Below are positions 21,301-28,692 of a stretch of DNA of 64,000 nucleotides, piece by piece (within the stretch, counting starts at the first letter, position 1; the number at the start of each line of letters is the position of its first letter). The DNA comes from Longimicrobiales bacterium (GTDB taxonomy: Bacteria > Gemmatimonadota > Gemmatimonadetes > Longimicrobiales > Gaopeijiaceae): NCBI GenBank assembly GCA_965202805.1, contig OZ241869.1, positions 640,001 through 704,000 of the forward strand, read 5' to 3'. The notes below the pieces were generated by a model, which saw only the letters and a program-made list of their open reading frames with translations, did not search any database and was not told the DNA's origin. The position numbers and the translations under genes are program-made.

Positions 21301-22738
21301 GAACATGGCCTGGGACGAGTTGCCGGTACGGGTGACGTCGAAGGCGGCGGACTGGCCCCTTGCTCCGGATAGCCCGCCCCGGGCGGGCATAAGCGCATTC
21401 TCCATGACGGGGACAAACGCACACCTCATTGTTGAGGGATATGGCGCGCGCGTCGAGGACTCTGCTCGAAATGCCGAGTGGTCTTGTCCTTCAGGTTCCG
21501 CGCAACCTGTCGCCGTCTCGTTGTCGGAGGAGATTCCCGAGTCACCGACGGCGGAGGGGTTGCGCCCCCGCCGGACGCGTATGTTGCCACTCTCGGGTAA
21601 ATCGGACGAAGCGCTTCGTGAACTGGCGGGACGATATCTTTCCTGGTTGGATGAGAACGCCGGGGAGCTTTCCGCCGAAGATGATGCGCAATCCCTCTTG
21701 TCGGACATGGCGTGGACGGCGGCTGAGGGGCGGAGCCATTTCGCGCACCGCGCAGGCGTCGTATTCGAGGATGCCGCGTCGCTGCGGGAAGGGTTGAGGG
21801 CGCTCGCGGAGTCGGAAGAGGGAGCAAAGCCACAGGCGCCGGTGAGGGTGGCATTCGCCTACGCCGGAGAGGAGGGCCACCGGGTCGGCATGGGCGAGGA
21901 ACTCTACGAGTGCGAGCCGGTGGCGCGGGCGGTTCTGGATCGCTGTGACGAGGTGCTCCGGGTGCAGCGCGGCGCTTCGCTGCTGGACGTGATGTTCGGC
22001 CGTATCGGAGAGTTGAGCAACCCGACGTGGTCGCAGCCAGCGGTCTTTGCGCTCGAGTGCGCGCTCACGTCGCTTTGGGCGAGTATCGGGATTCGGCCGA
22101 ACCTGGTGTTCGGCGCAGGCTCGGGAGAGATAGCGGCGGCGCATGCGGCGGGCGTGTTCACTCTGGAGGAAGGTTTGTGCTTTGCAGCCAGACGCGGCGC
22201 GCTCATGGAGGCAATCTCCGATGCCGATGGAGCCGGGAAGGCGCTGGACGATCTGGAAACAGCGCTCGAGGGCGTCGTGACGGCGTTACCCTCGCTCACG
22301 ATAGTGAACCAGCGGACGGGCCTGGTCCTCGGGGCGGGTGAGACCATGGACGCGGCCTACTGGCGTCGTCAGGCGAGCGAGCCGGCGGTGCCGGGCGAAT
22401 GCGTGAGGACGCTAGCGGAATTGGGGGTGGAGGCCATTGTGGAGATCGGGCCGGATGCAGTGATCGGCCCGCAGGCGCTCTCGGTCTGGCCGGAACCGGC
22501 AGGCGACGCGGGGGCGAGCGCAGACGGTGCCGGGCCGCCTGTCGTGTTGACAAGCCTGAAACATCCCACGGGGGATGCGCCGCAGAGTGGACGCGCGTTC
22601 ATCGAGGCGGTGGCGCGGGCGTATGAGGCGGGGTTCACGCTCGACTTCGCCGGGCTGTTCGCCGGAGAGGACAGGCGCCGGATTTCACTGCCGGGCTATC
22701 CATTCCAACACCGGCACTTCTGGTTTGAGGCACTTTAA
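12338..22738 (+). CDS. supA: Type I polyketide/fatty-acid synthase, SupA-like (KS-AT-DH-cMT-ER-KR-ACP-KS-AT0)
   Basis: KS DTACSSS/HGTGT/NIGH; AT GHSLG; DH HLVYERVVAPG and LLDGCFQ; MT LEVGAGTG; ER LIHAGAGGVG; KR TGGMGGIG; ACP GMDSL; second KS ELACASS; degenerate second AT. Domain order matches the sponge-symbiont ubiquitous PKS. Confidence 0.9.
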   Translation: MSADGHSRSSEKTQTGAPEGFLPGEPIAIVGMACRFPGSERLSDFWQQLITGENLVVEGPPGSVVGRAGRLFPDSDAKNDAVRFGAFVEDIDLFDAEFFRMSPIEAQMLDPQQRMMLETSWKALEDAAIDPESLKGSRTGVYAGISNNDYRNMVINAPETVEPAGGLYAVTGTALNTAIGRVSFAFGLEGPSMAIDTACSSSLVAIHQAVGGLQRRETDLALAGGVHIFLAGRPLELRANAGMLSPEGQCKTFDASADGFVCGEGCGLLALKRLSEAQADGDRIWAVIRGSSVNQDGASQGLTVPSGHSQERAMEEALARAGASPSEIDYLEAHGTGTVVGDPIEVTAAAAVYGHGRGAEHPLLIGSVKTNIGHLGPAAGVAGLIKTVLSMKHGVIPRHLNFKNPNPRLDWDNLPVRVTDVMMDWPRHPGKPLLAGVNSFGWSGTNVHMVVEGYGEPEADAAFARMSSPVGASLPVAISPRFEEKPGGRETRFLPVSAKSRQALRDTASRYLSWLDERVEELSPESTAADPTLSDMAWTVAIGRSHFTHRAGIVFSDLAGLREKLEALAEGEGPEDGPAQQAKRVAFVFTGQASQWVGMGRALYEREPVFRSVLDRCDQLLLEERGVSLLDVMFGRGGTDGLLDEAAWTQPAIYSLECALVALWESVGVKPNALVGHSLGEIAAAQAAGVFTLEEGLRCAAVRGALMGATRSDGAMAAVFAPASRVASIVTEHNAASDDLGLSIAADNGLQQVVSGPAKDIEALQDIFEAEGIKVARLRRSPAYHSALVEPALDDLESAVRGIAPAPPPPSVPLVSNITGHLLDENARMDAAYWRRHAREPVAFRQCVETLAELGVDVVVEIGPHAVLGPLVSMTWPESAPAGGPVVLHSLQRPPRDAEESEAATSDGFVEATAGAYEAGLELDFVGLFAGETRRRISLPGYPFQRARHWVRTSKPRRQAAGHPLLGARHESPRGEMTYETVVFRTDPAWMVDHLVYERVVAPGGLYGAMAVCVSLANGNGPAIVEDMQMHNALVFEEEDADDGADDAGRKLQFVLDGPGDALARRFEIFSKGETEESWTLHAGGKLFSGAPNLEEGDSLDLDELKARLVPRDTAKFYRMRSADDIYLGPSYHTVKAVWAREGEALGELVLKESVDANGMEMHPLLLDGCFQVFSMSRYLTGVEHVEVYMPFGWERLWVSGPMPERIICHAVLRNPASENVANTTSNAPPEVVTGDVRFYSTDGAPIGGLLGYTVKRATRTALLSAKEGLKDLLYEVDWREKPLSRGMPPTDFLADPAAVASRSRSFADYLADEGVEAPERSAFLRDLERLSRAYALAALERLGWERNAGATIKPEGLRRELKIVDEHQRLFGRLLHMLSDAGVLAPVDEEFVVEAGAGEPLPDESFANPGTFVEQLAGRHPHGASELGLLRRCGSALAEVLQGRADPLPLLFSEEGPGAADLYRKAPASRAANRMLGDAVAAAVSALPADRRLRVLEVGAGTGSATAAILPLLPDGRFEYTFTDISAGFFAQAEEHFEITGASIEYQPLDIEADPVSQGFDSHGYDLVIAANVLHATRDLGETLVHCRDLLAPSGQLIALEGLQRRAWQDLTFGLLDGWWRFDDAYRPDHALADPVVWHRALSDAGFSDVEFLGPANADSGEILGSSAIIARGPEEVDPAPGVWVIASDEDGTAAKLAVDLALRNQIVFIAGGEREYHEVPDEGAGVTTATLDPKQRESWRSLLEGLPGDAPLKGVVHLMALDGHGAAATTQEMEEDVTRAASTALALVQGMSDVGATPADGVWFITRGAQVLDQDYLSRVSGELAGATLWGLGKVLALEAAHLQPRLIDLDPAPGETATSSLIDELLSPDPETHIAYRGGSRHAARLIRCGADDTRFALPEDAEWCIGSDDPEAGLAALRAKPRPGSALEPGEVRVAVEAVGLNFADMLKSMGAVPYDREIGREMYGRVLETAQDVEGLSVGDQVVGIGFGSFSPEIVTRAVMTVPVPAGFSPPALATVPICFVTAELAFELAGLKSGERVLIHAGAGGVGLAAIQLAHAAGAEVFATASLPKQKFLRSMGVEHVYDSRTTAFGQEVLEATGGEGVHVLLNSLTGEGFIEASLSCLGTGGRFVEISKRSIRGEEEMATSRPDVAYSILDLDALNSDDPARTGASLSRVMARLSAGELTPLPHTVWPLSEIRSAMEAMRDARHIGKNVFRMPSLVRSNLREDRTYLVTGGMGGIGCAVARWLAENGAGTIVLNGRRDPDLATEEVIRELRESGVDVRVEVADVTDLAAVDDMLARIDEDLPTLGGVIHSVGVLSDGVIENQTWERFEQVMWPKVLGAWHLHQATRTKDLDMFILFSSVTGVVGNSGQSNHAAANAFLDQLAAHRRTLGLPGQAIAWGAWSGIGEAEEQRKRIERQLTYAGAGWLTPQQGMEAFDWLVRQDVTAPTVTMVNWSVVARGLETHPPFFEDILVATKPEDRESEDSAPSASLLSRLRDTPAAEQQNLLESFIQQELQAVLRLSSPPSTTVSFFDMGMDSLMAVELRNRLNRAFDDEYTASNTVVFDFPDITALARHLAAEIGGIGATAATLKPPTLKRQKPRRREHDGDDIAIVGMACRFPGAPDLAAFWRQLEAGESAVMDGRRDAGPWNGALGDPGAEAPVHRIGGFVDGLDLFDAGFFDILPIEARTMDPQQRLLLETSWQALEDAGMDPARLKGSRSGVYFGIANSEYGQLLKDDVHDDYFGNSMGVAVGRVSFIYGMEGPAMPVELACASSLVSIHHAVVSLQRGETDMALAGGVNVILSAESTTRMADFGMLSRSGRCWSFDAAADGYVRGEGCGVIVLKRLTDAEENGDRIWGVIRGSATNQNGASGDLVMPSGPAQRRVIEEALTQSNLKPSQVDYLEAHANGSEMGDAIEVQAAAAVYGNGREPCRPLLLGTVKTNIGHLESAAGVAGLIKVMLSIKHGMIPKHLNFENPNPNMAWDELPVRVTSKAADWPLAPDSPPRAGISAFSMTGTNAHLIVEGYGARVEDSARNAEWSCPSGSAQPVAVSLSEEIPESPTAEGLRPRRTRMLPLSGKSDEALRELAGRYLSWLDENAGELSAEDDAQSLLSDMAWTAAEGRSHFAHRAGVVFEDAASLREGLRALAESEEGAKPQAPVRVAFAYAGEEGHRVGMGEELYECEPVARAVLDRCDEVLRVQRGASLLDVMFGRIGELSNPTWSQPAVFALECALTSLWASIGIRPNLVFGAGSGEIAAAHAAGVFTLEEGLCFAARRGALMEAISDADGAGKALDDLETALEGVVTALPSLTIVNQRTGLVLGAGETMDAAYWRRQASEPAVPGECVRTLAELGVEAIVEIGPDAVIGPQALSVWPEPAGDAGASADGAGPPVVLTSLKHPTGDAPQSGRAFIEAVARAYEAGFTLDFAGLFAGEDRRRISLPGYPFQHRHFWFEAL

Positions 22739-22832
22739 ACCATTGACACTCACGCCTGTTGCTCTTAGGATCAAGCCACATTTCAATTGTTACTGGTAGC
22801 TTTCTGGTACCTTTTCAAAGGGAGACGCTGCG

Positions 22833-23054
22833 ATGGCAAGTGTTGAAGAACGTGTAGGAGTTCTCGTGGAGAAACATTTGAACATCTCGGATCGGGCGAT
22901 GCTGGATGCGGACTTCAGCGAACTCGGCGTGACATCGATGGCTGGCGTGAAGTTTTTCCAGACCGTCAACCAGGAATTCGGGGTCGATATTCCTCCCGAA
23001 GATGCCAGTGGTTTCCGCAGTTTCAGGGACTTGATCAACCATCTCGGTAGTTGA
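22833..23054 (+). CDS. supB: Free-standing acyl carrier protein (SupB-like)
   Basis: 73 aa acidic protein with FSELGVTSM phosphopantetheine-type site and EFGVDIP; RBS GGGAG; follows the PKS. Confidence 0.82.
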   Translation: MASVEERVGVLVEKHLNISDRAMLDADFSELGVTSMAGVKFFQTVNQEFGVDIPPEDASGFRSFRDLINHLGS

Positions 23055-23103
23055 AACCGGCACCGCTGGGTTCTGGCCGCCCTACCGGCGATCCGCATCT
23101 CAC

Positions 23104-25563
23104 TCACCAACTGTGTTCCACAGCCACGGACAGTTCCCGCGGCCGCCCGAAAACCAACTCGATGTAAGCTGCGGAAGTCGCGAACGCGGAGTTGCCGGTT
23201 ACCAGGTAACGCTCGTTCGTCAGATTCCGGGTCGCAGCCACGATCGCCCATCGGCCATCGCCGGTTCCGACGGCCACGGACGCGTTCAGCAGGTGGTAGT
23301 CGTCCTGAAAGAGCTGGGGCGTGTTGATCGCGTCATGGTGCTGCGCTCCAGTGAACAGCCAACTCACGCGGGGCGTCACGACCACGCCGCGCGGAGCGCC
23401 GATCTCCTTCGCGACAGTCACCGAGTGGCTCCGATTCGGTGTCTTGGCGAGCCGGTAGCCGGGAAGCACGGGGGTCGCGTTGTTCAACACGCTCGGACTG
23501 AGGCTTTCGTAGCCGGCCCGCATCGCACCCAGGCTGGCCCGAACGTCCCAGCCGCCGCCCGGCACCCACGCGGCCTCCAGTTCGGCGCCCCGGATGTCGG
23601 CGGACCCTCCGTTGAAGGTGATCGGGTTGAACGATTCGCGCACGATGATCTGGAGATCCTCGTAGTCGGCGTGGAAGAGCGCGAGGTTGATCCGCGCCCG
23701 GCCGCCGGCCAGGAGCGACTTGAGGCCGACCTCCCAGCTATGGACCGTTTCCGGCATAAACATGCCGGGGGCTGCGGCCGCGGAGTTGGGTTCGTTGCCA
23801 AGATAGCGTACGTCGTATCCTCCGCTCTTGAACCCCTCGGAGAAGCCCGCATAGCCCATTACAGCGGATGTGAAGTGGTACCCAAGCTTGGCGGTGACGG
23901 TCAGCGCGCGGAAGTCCTCTTGGAAGTGCCTCTGCGGGAGCATGCGGTCACCTGGGCGCATGGGACCGGTGGGCGAGACATACACGCCCGCCAGCAGCGG
24001 CCAGGTGGGACCGAAGATGCTGCCGGCGCCCTGCGAGGCGTCGCCCCGGGCATAGTTGTCGGGGCGGAGCCCCTTCCGGTCCATCGTGTAGCGGCCGCCG
24101 ACCGTCAGCGACAATCGGTCGGTCAGGTCACCCGTAACCTGTGCGAAGCCGGCAACGGAGGAGTTGTCGTAGTCGCCCCCGCTGCTGAGGGCCCCGGGCG
24201 GCACGATGACATCGGTCCGCTGATACCCGGATTCCCGGAAGAGGTAGAGGCCGGTCTGCCAGTGCACCCTCCCTCCGCCGGCGATCCCGCCAAGCTGGAG
24301 TTCCTCGCTGAGTTGCGCGTGGTCGAGCAGCTCCTGGGTGGACAGGATGTTCGCGGGAGTGTTGTCGGCGTCGCGGGACGCCGACAACCGCATCCCCCGA
24401 TAGCCCGTGAGCGATTTCAGGGTGCCCCACTCGCCCAATGTCCAGGTCAGTTCGGCGCTTCCGCCCCATGAATCGAGATCGGCGAAAGCGGGAAAGCTCC
24501 CCTCGGCGAGGTATTCCCCGGCGAAGCTGTCCGGCCCGAAGCAGCCTTCGGCCCCGCCGGCGCCGTTTCCCGGAGGAGGGAACGAAGGCGGTCCGTCCCC
24601 GGGAAAATCGGGATTGATCCGCACGGCGGTACATTCGTCGAGCAGCGCATTGCCGAAGGTCCCGAACGCCATCAGGTCGTTGACTCCACCCGAAACCGTC
24701 GGTGCGCCGTTCTCCCTCTGCCGGGTGTAGTCCGCCGTCGCGAACAGCTCCGCGCCGTCCCGAGGCCGCCACACCAGCGAGACCCGCGTGGCCTGAGCGT
24801 TGTCGTCGCCCATGTCGAGGCCGTCGTGAATGCGCGTCACATAGCCGTCCCGGTGTCGGTGGGACACTGTGGCGCCCGCTGACAGCCGGTCCGCCAATCG
24901 ACCGCTCAGGGCTGCGGTCACGTTGGTCATGCGGTCGTTGCCGAAGGTCGCGCGGACGCTTCTTCGCGGTATCTCTCCGGGCCGTCTGGAGTGCAGCGAC
25001 ACGGCGCCTCCCATCGCGTTGCGCCCGAACAGCGTACCCTGCGGCCCGCGCAGCACTTCCACGCGCTCGACGTCGAGGAGTTCCATGACCGCTCCGACCG
25101 AACGCGCCATGTAGATCCCGTCCACGTAGACCGCGACCCCGGGGTCCGTCACGGGAAGGTAGTCCGTCTGCCCCATGCCACGGATGAAGATCTGCGCCGC
25201 CGACTTGGTGCCCGCGAACGCACCGGACGAATTGAACGTGAGGTTGGGGGTGATGTACGTGAGTTGGTCGGTCGCGCCGATGTGCCGATCCTCAAGGTCC
25301 CTGCCCGAGAACGCCGAAATGGCGACCGGGACATCCTGCACGGGCTCGGCCCGGTTCCGGGCGGTAACGACGATCTCTTCGAGCGCGACCACGGTGTCAG
25401 GGCGCGGCAGAGTGTCTTGTGGGAGTGTGGTCGCGCGTAGGGTGCTCCACGCGGCAGCAAGGCCGGAAACACCCGAAGCGGAGAGAGCCGGGGCGGTCAA
25501 GAAGGACGCCGCCGCGATCAACAGCGCCGCCGCAGGAGATCTGCCCGAGATGCGTGAATTCAT
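23104..25563 (-). CDS. TonB-dependent receptor
   Basis: EEIVVTAR TonB box, VEVLRGPQGTLFGRNA plug motif, C-terminal GRPR...W. Confidence 0.93.
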   Translation of the reverse strand: MNSRISGRSPAAALLIAAASFLTAPALSASGVSGLAAAWSTLRATTLPQDTLPRPDTVVALEEIVVTARNRAEPVQDVPVAISAFSGRDLEDRHIGATDQLTYITPNLTFNSSGAFAGTKSAAQIFIRGMGQTDYLPVTDPGVAVYVDGIYMARSVGAVMELLDVERVEVLRGPQGTLFGRNAMGGAVSLHSRRPGEIPRRSVRATFGNDRMTNVTAALSGRLADRLSAGATVSHRHRDGYVTRIHDGLDMGDDNAQATRVSLVWRPRDGAELFATADYTRQRENGAPTVSGGVNDLMAFGTFGNALLDECTAVRINPDFPGDGPPSFPPPGNGAGGAEGCFGPDSFAGEYLAEGSFPAFADLDSWGGSAELTWTLGEWGTLKSLTGYRGMRLSASRDADNTPANILSTQELLDHAQLSEELQLGGIAGGGRVHWQTGLYLFRESGYQRTDVIVPPGALSSGGDYDNSSVAGFAQVTGDLTDRLSLTVGGRYTMDRKGLRPDNYARGDASQGAGSIFGPTWPLLAGVYVSPTGPMRPGDRMLPQRHFQEDFRALTVTAKLGYHFTSAVMGYAGFSEGFKSGGYDVRYLGNEPNSAAAAPGMFMPETVHSWEVGLKSLLAGGRARINLALFHADYEDLQIIVRESFNPITFNGGSADIRGAELEAAWVPGGGWDVRASLGAMRAGYESLSPSVLNNATPVLPGYRLAKTPNRSHSVTVAKEIGAPRGVVVTPRVSWLFTGAQHHDAINTPQLFQDDYHLLNASVAVGTGDGRWAIVAATRNLTNERYLVTGNSAFATSAAYIELVFGRPRELSVAVEHSW

Positions 25564-25697
25564 CGCTATTGCTCACTAGGAGTCTGCGCCGCAGGAATCT
25601 CGCACTACTACCTATGGTAGGTTAATACGCCCATGCTACTACTTGTCGTGTGTTCGGGGGCTTTGGATCGTTCTGTGGCGCAAGCTGCCAGTCTCTT

Positions 25698-26972
25698 TCA
25701 ACGAAAGATAGCTGAACCCGGGAGAGATGAGACCCGAGCCCGGGGCCGGTGAGTTGAAGGTCCTCCCACCAACTCGTACACCACGACGTTCTCCACGTCC
25801 ATTTCGTCCCTGAGCACGCCAAGAACCAGCCCTCCGGTCACATCGAGGATTCGGAACCTGGGCGGAGTCCCGACCTGTCCCAGCCACTCCCCGACCGGGG
25901 AAATGACGGTGTACGGCGAGCCCTCTTCCGGGTAGGCCGGCCGGTAGGAGGGCAGCCACACGTTTCCGTCGGCGTCGGCGAAGGGGGAACCGAAGAGCGG
26001 CACCGGCTGGCCGATCATGGCGCGATACCGGGACATGTCTGCCTGAACGATCTCATCGAGCCGGGCCTCGGATACTCCGTAGTTCAACCAGCCGATCATG
26101 CGCTCATATGCCTCGACGGGCTCCAGGAGTTCCTCGGTCAGCAGGGTGGGCTCGGGCCGCCAGCGCACGATCTGCCTTACCGTGCCGTCGGGGAGACGCC
26201 AGGTGATCTCGGGCCTGTCGGACCTCGTTTGGACGAACCGCCCGGTGGCGACCGTGACGTTGCCAACGGCCCGGATGATCGGGTTCATCAGCCCCGACCG
26301 CTCTCGCGGCCAGTGGTCGTACGACGCGACCGTGTCCAAGGCTCCGGTTTCAGTCGCGAACCGGTACATGTGTCCGGCGAGCCACTCCTCCTCTATGTCG
26401 AACCAGGAACGGTGGGGTGTTCGGTGCATCAGCAGCAGCTCGCCGGACGAGCCGATTCCTGCCACACCGAGGTAGCCTAGCCGAGGGAGGCGCGCGATGC
26501 GCGCGACCGAATCGCCGACGAAGAAAGTGAGGCGAGACAGACGACGATCAGGGACGAGGACGCTGTCCTGACCCAGGACGAACATGGAGTAGGGGTAGAT
26601 GACTTCGCCCGGTCCCTCTCCACGGCTGGCGAGGACCTCGTGTGTCGTGCCGTCCGGACTCAAGACGACCACGTCGCTGTTTCCCCGGTCAGCAACGACC
26701 GCGCCTCCATCCGGGAAGAGCCGACCGACGTTGATCCCCTGGAACTCGTAGTCTCCCGGGTTCGCTCCGTGGCGGTACACCGGCTCCTCGGCAAGGACGA
26801 GGTGCGGATCGACCTCGGGCACGCCTGCATACTCGACGATCCGCACGCCGGCGCTGTCCTTGATCTGCATCTGGACATCGGCGGTGCGTTCGTGGTCTCC
26901 GCCGCAGGCCGTCGCAGTGCCGACGACCGACACCGCGAACAGCACGACGCATCCCCAGGGAACGTTCCTCAT
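25698..26972 (-). CDS. Secreted lipoprotein, 6-bladed beta-propeller-like
   Basis: Lipobox ATAC, DSAGVRIVE and RGEGPGEV motifs, C-terminal RDEMDVENVVVY; GGAGG RBS before ATG 26972. Confidence 0.7.
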   Translation of the reverse strand: MRNVPWGCVVLFAVSVVGTATACGGDHERTADVQMQIKDSAGVRIVEYAGVPEVDPHLVLAEEPVYRHGANPGDYEFQGINVGRLFPDGGAVVADRGNSDVVVLSPDGTTHEVLASRGEGPGEVIYPYSMFVLGQDSVLVPDRRLSRLTFFVGDSVARIARLPRLGYLGVAGIGSSGELLLMHRTPHRSWFDIEEEWLAGHMYRFATETGALDTVASYDHWPRERSGLMNPIIRAVGNVTVATGRFVQTRSDRPEITWRLPDGTVRQIVRWRPEPTLLTEELLEPVEAYERMIGWLNYGVSEARLDEIVQADMSRYRAMIGQPVPLFGSPFADADGNVWLPSYRPAYPEEGSPYTVISPVGEWLGQVGTPPRFRILDVTGGLVLGVLRDEMDVENVVVYELVGGPSTHRPRARVSSLPGSAIFR

Positions 26973-27057
26973 GATACGCCTCCCTGTGACGGAGTTGATT
27001 GGGGCTCGACCTTTCCAACACTCGGAGAATAGGCAATCCGGATGGCCTCTCATAGCC

Positions 27058-27525
27058 CTGGCAAGGCGTACTCATGTCTTCCGGCTGTCGTTGGCCTGCC
27101 TGGCCGTATTGCCCTGGCAGGTTCAGGCGCAGGAGGCACCGGGCCGTCAGGAGGAACCGGGCCTCTTCGTGCTCGAAGCCGGGATCGTCGGCGGCAACAG
27201 CGTTGCGTGTCCCGGACACTACGTCGGCATCAGCGGGCGGGTCGCGGGGCCGGTGTCGCTGTACGGGATGGTGGAGAACTACCGTTGCGTCGACTTCGCC
27301 GGGTCGGCCAACCGGATCGGCGCGTCAGTCCGGCTCGGACGTTCCAGTTGGCTCGTTCGCCCGGCGTTGCGCGCGGGCATCGAGTACGACGGAGGGAACG
27401 TCTTGCCAACCGCCGGTGCGAGTCTGACGTTCGGACGTCGCTACGGGGCACGCTTCATCTTCCACGTCGGAGACGAATCCAGCGGCATCGTGCTCTTCCA
27501 GATGGGCGGCTACGTCTCGTTCTGA
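27058..27525 (+). CDS. Small secreted, putative outer-membrane beta-barrel protein (start uncertain)
   Basis: Signal-like LSLACLAVLPWQVQA, alternating beta-strand pattern, C-terminal YVSF. Confidence 0.55.
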   Translation: MARRTHVFRLSLACLAVLPWQVQAQEAPGRQEEPGLFVLEAGIVGGNSVACPGHYVGISGRVAGPVSLYGMVENYRCVDFAGSANRIGASVRLGRSSWLVRPALRAGIEYDGGNVLPTAGASLTFGRRYGARFIFHVGDESSGIVLFQMGGYVSF

Positions 27526-27709
27526 GCCATCCACGACCGGCCCGGAGGCGATTGCTTGGGGATCGCCAATTTTTCGGCTGATCGCTGCGGGACCAGTCGG
27601 TATGCTCCCGGTGAGGTGCCGCATCAATCTCGACGGAATCCTGGGCGTTTCCATGGCGGCATCGGCCTGGCCCCTGCGAGCAGAGAGTCAACCATGACGG
27701 TACGTCAGG

Positions 27710-28342
27710 CTAAGCTCGTCTTCGGGGAAATCGGTTGGAACCAGAATCGGATAGCCCTCCCCAGGCCCGCAGCACCTGACCGGACATGGTTCCCTCAACG
27801 GCTTCGACGTAAAAACGTGCGCATTGTTCGGCGGTGACCAGACCCAATCCCTGTCGTCCAGGTTCAACAACAGGCGCGGGGCTCACGACATTCACCCGAA
27901 TCCCTCGTGGCATCAAGCGTGCAACATTTTGCACATAGGTATCGACCGCCGCATTCAGTGGACCGATCGCAATGCTGGCCGGGTTCGGATAGTGGCTGAG
28001 GAAGCCGCTCGTCAATGTAAACGAGCCATTGTCTCGAATGCTGGCCTGCCCGAGTCTCACTAGCCGAATCTGACCGAGGAACTTACGGTCGAACCCGTAC
28101 CGATAGTCGGCACTGTCCAGCTGTTCGAATTTCTTGAAAACGCCATCGCCGCCCACGACGGCAACGAGGGCATCGAACGGACCAACCGCTCCAAACATTT
28201 CCCTCACCGAATCCGCATTCGTGTAGTCACACTGAATGTCACCGCTCGTTGTACCAATGCGAACAACTTCGTGGTTGTTGGAGACTGCGATGTCTATCTT
28301 GCGTCCAATGGTGCCGGACGCGCCAACTATGATTACCTTCAT
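27710..28342 (-). CDS. Short-chain dehydrogenase/reductase
   Basis: MKVIIVGASGTIG Rossmann motif, GSFTLTSG, GIRVNVVSP. Confidence 0.88.
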   Translation of the reverse strand: MKVIIVGASGTIGRKIDIAVSNNHEVVRIGTTSGDIQCDYTNADSVREMFGAVGPFDALVAVVGGDGVFKKFEQLDSADYRYGFDRKFLGQIRLVRLGQASIRDNGSFTLTSGFLSHYPNPASIAIGPLNAAVDTYVQNVARLMPRGIRVNVVSPAPVVEPGRQGLGLVTAEQCARFYVEAVEGTMSGQVLRAWGGLSDSGSNRFPRRRA

Positions 28343-28692
28343 TAGTTTTCTATCCTCGCCGGGGTCGCCGTGGAAAACATCTCATCAACCTGCCATACTC
28401 TGGGCACATGTCCTCCAGGTCTCCTGGTTATCTAACGAATTATAGGACTAGTCGGTTCGATGCCCCAAGTCAAGTTCACAAGCACGGATTCTGGCTCCGA
28501 CGCGCTCCGTCGTCAGATTTGAGCGGGACCGTTTCAATCACGATCGGCGTTCGGTGGGGGGTGGCCGTTGATGATGACGTCGCAGCAGTCTCCTCGACAT
28601 CCACTGACCGCCGCGATGGCGAACAACGCCAATGGCGTGACCGGTGTGCGAGATCCCATCCTCTTCTCCTCGCGCAATCCTGCCCCTCGCCG

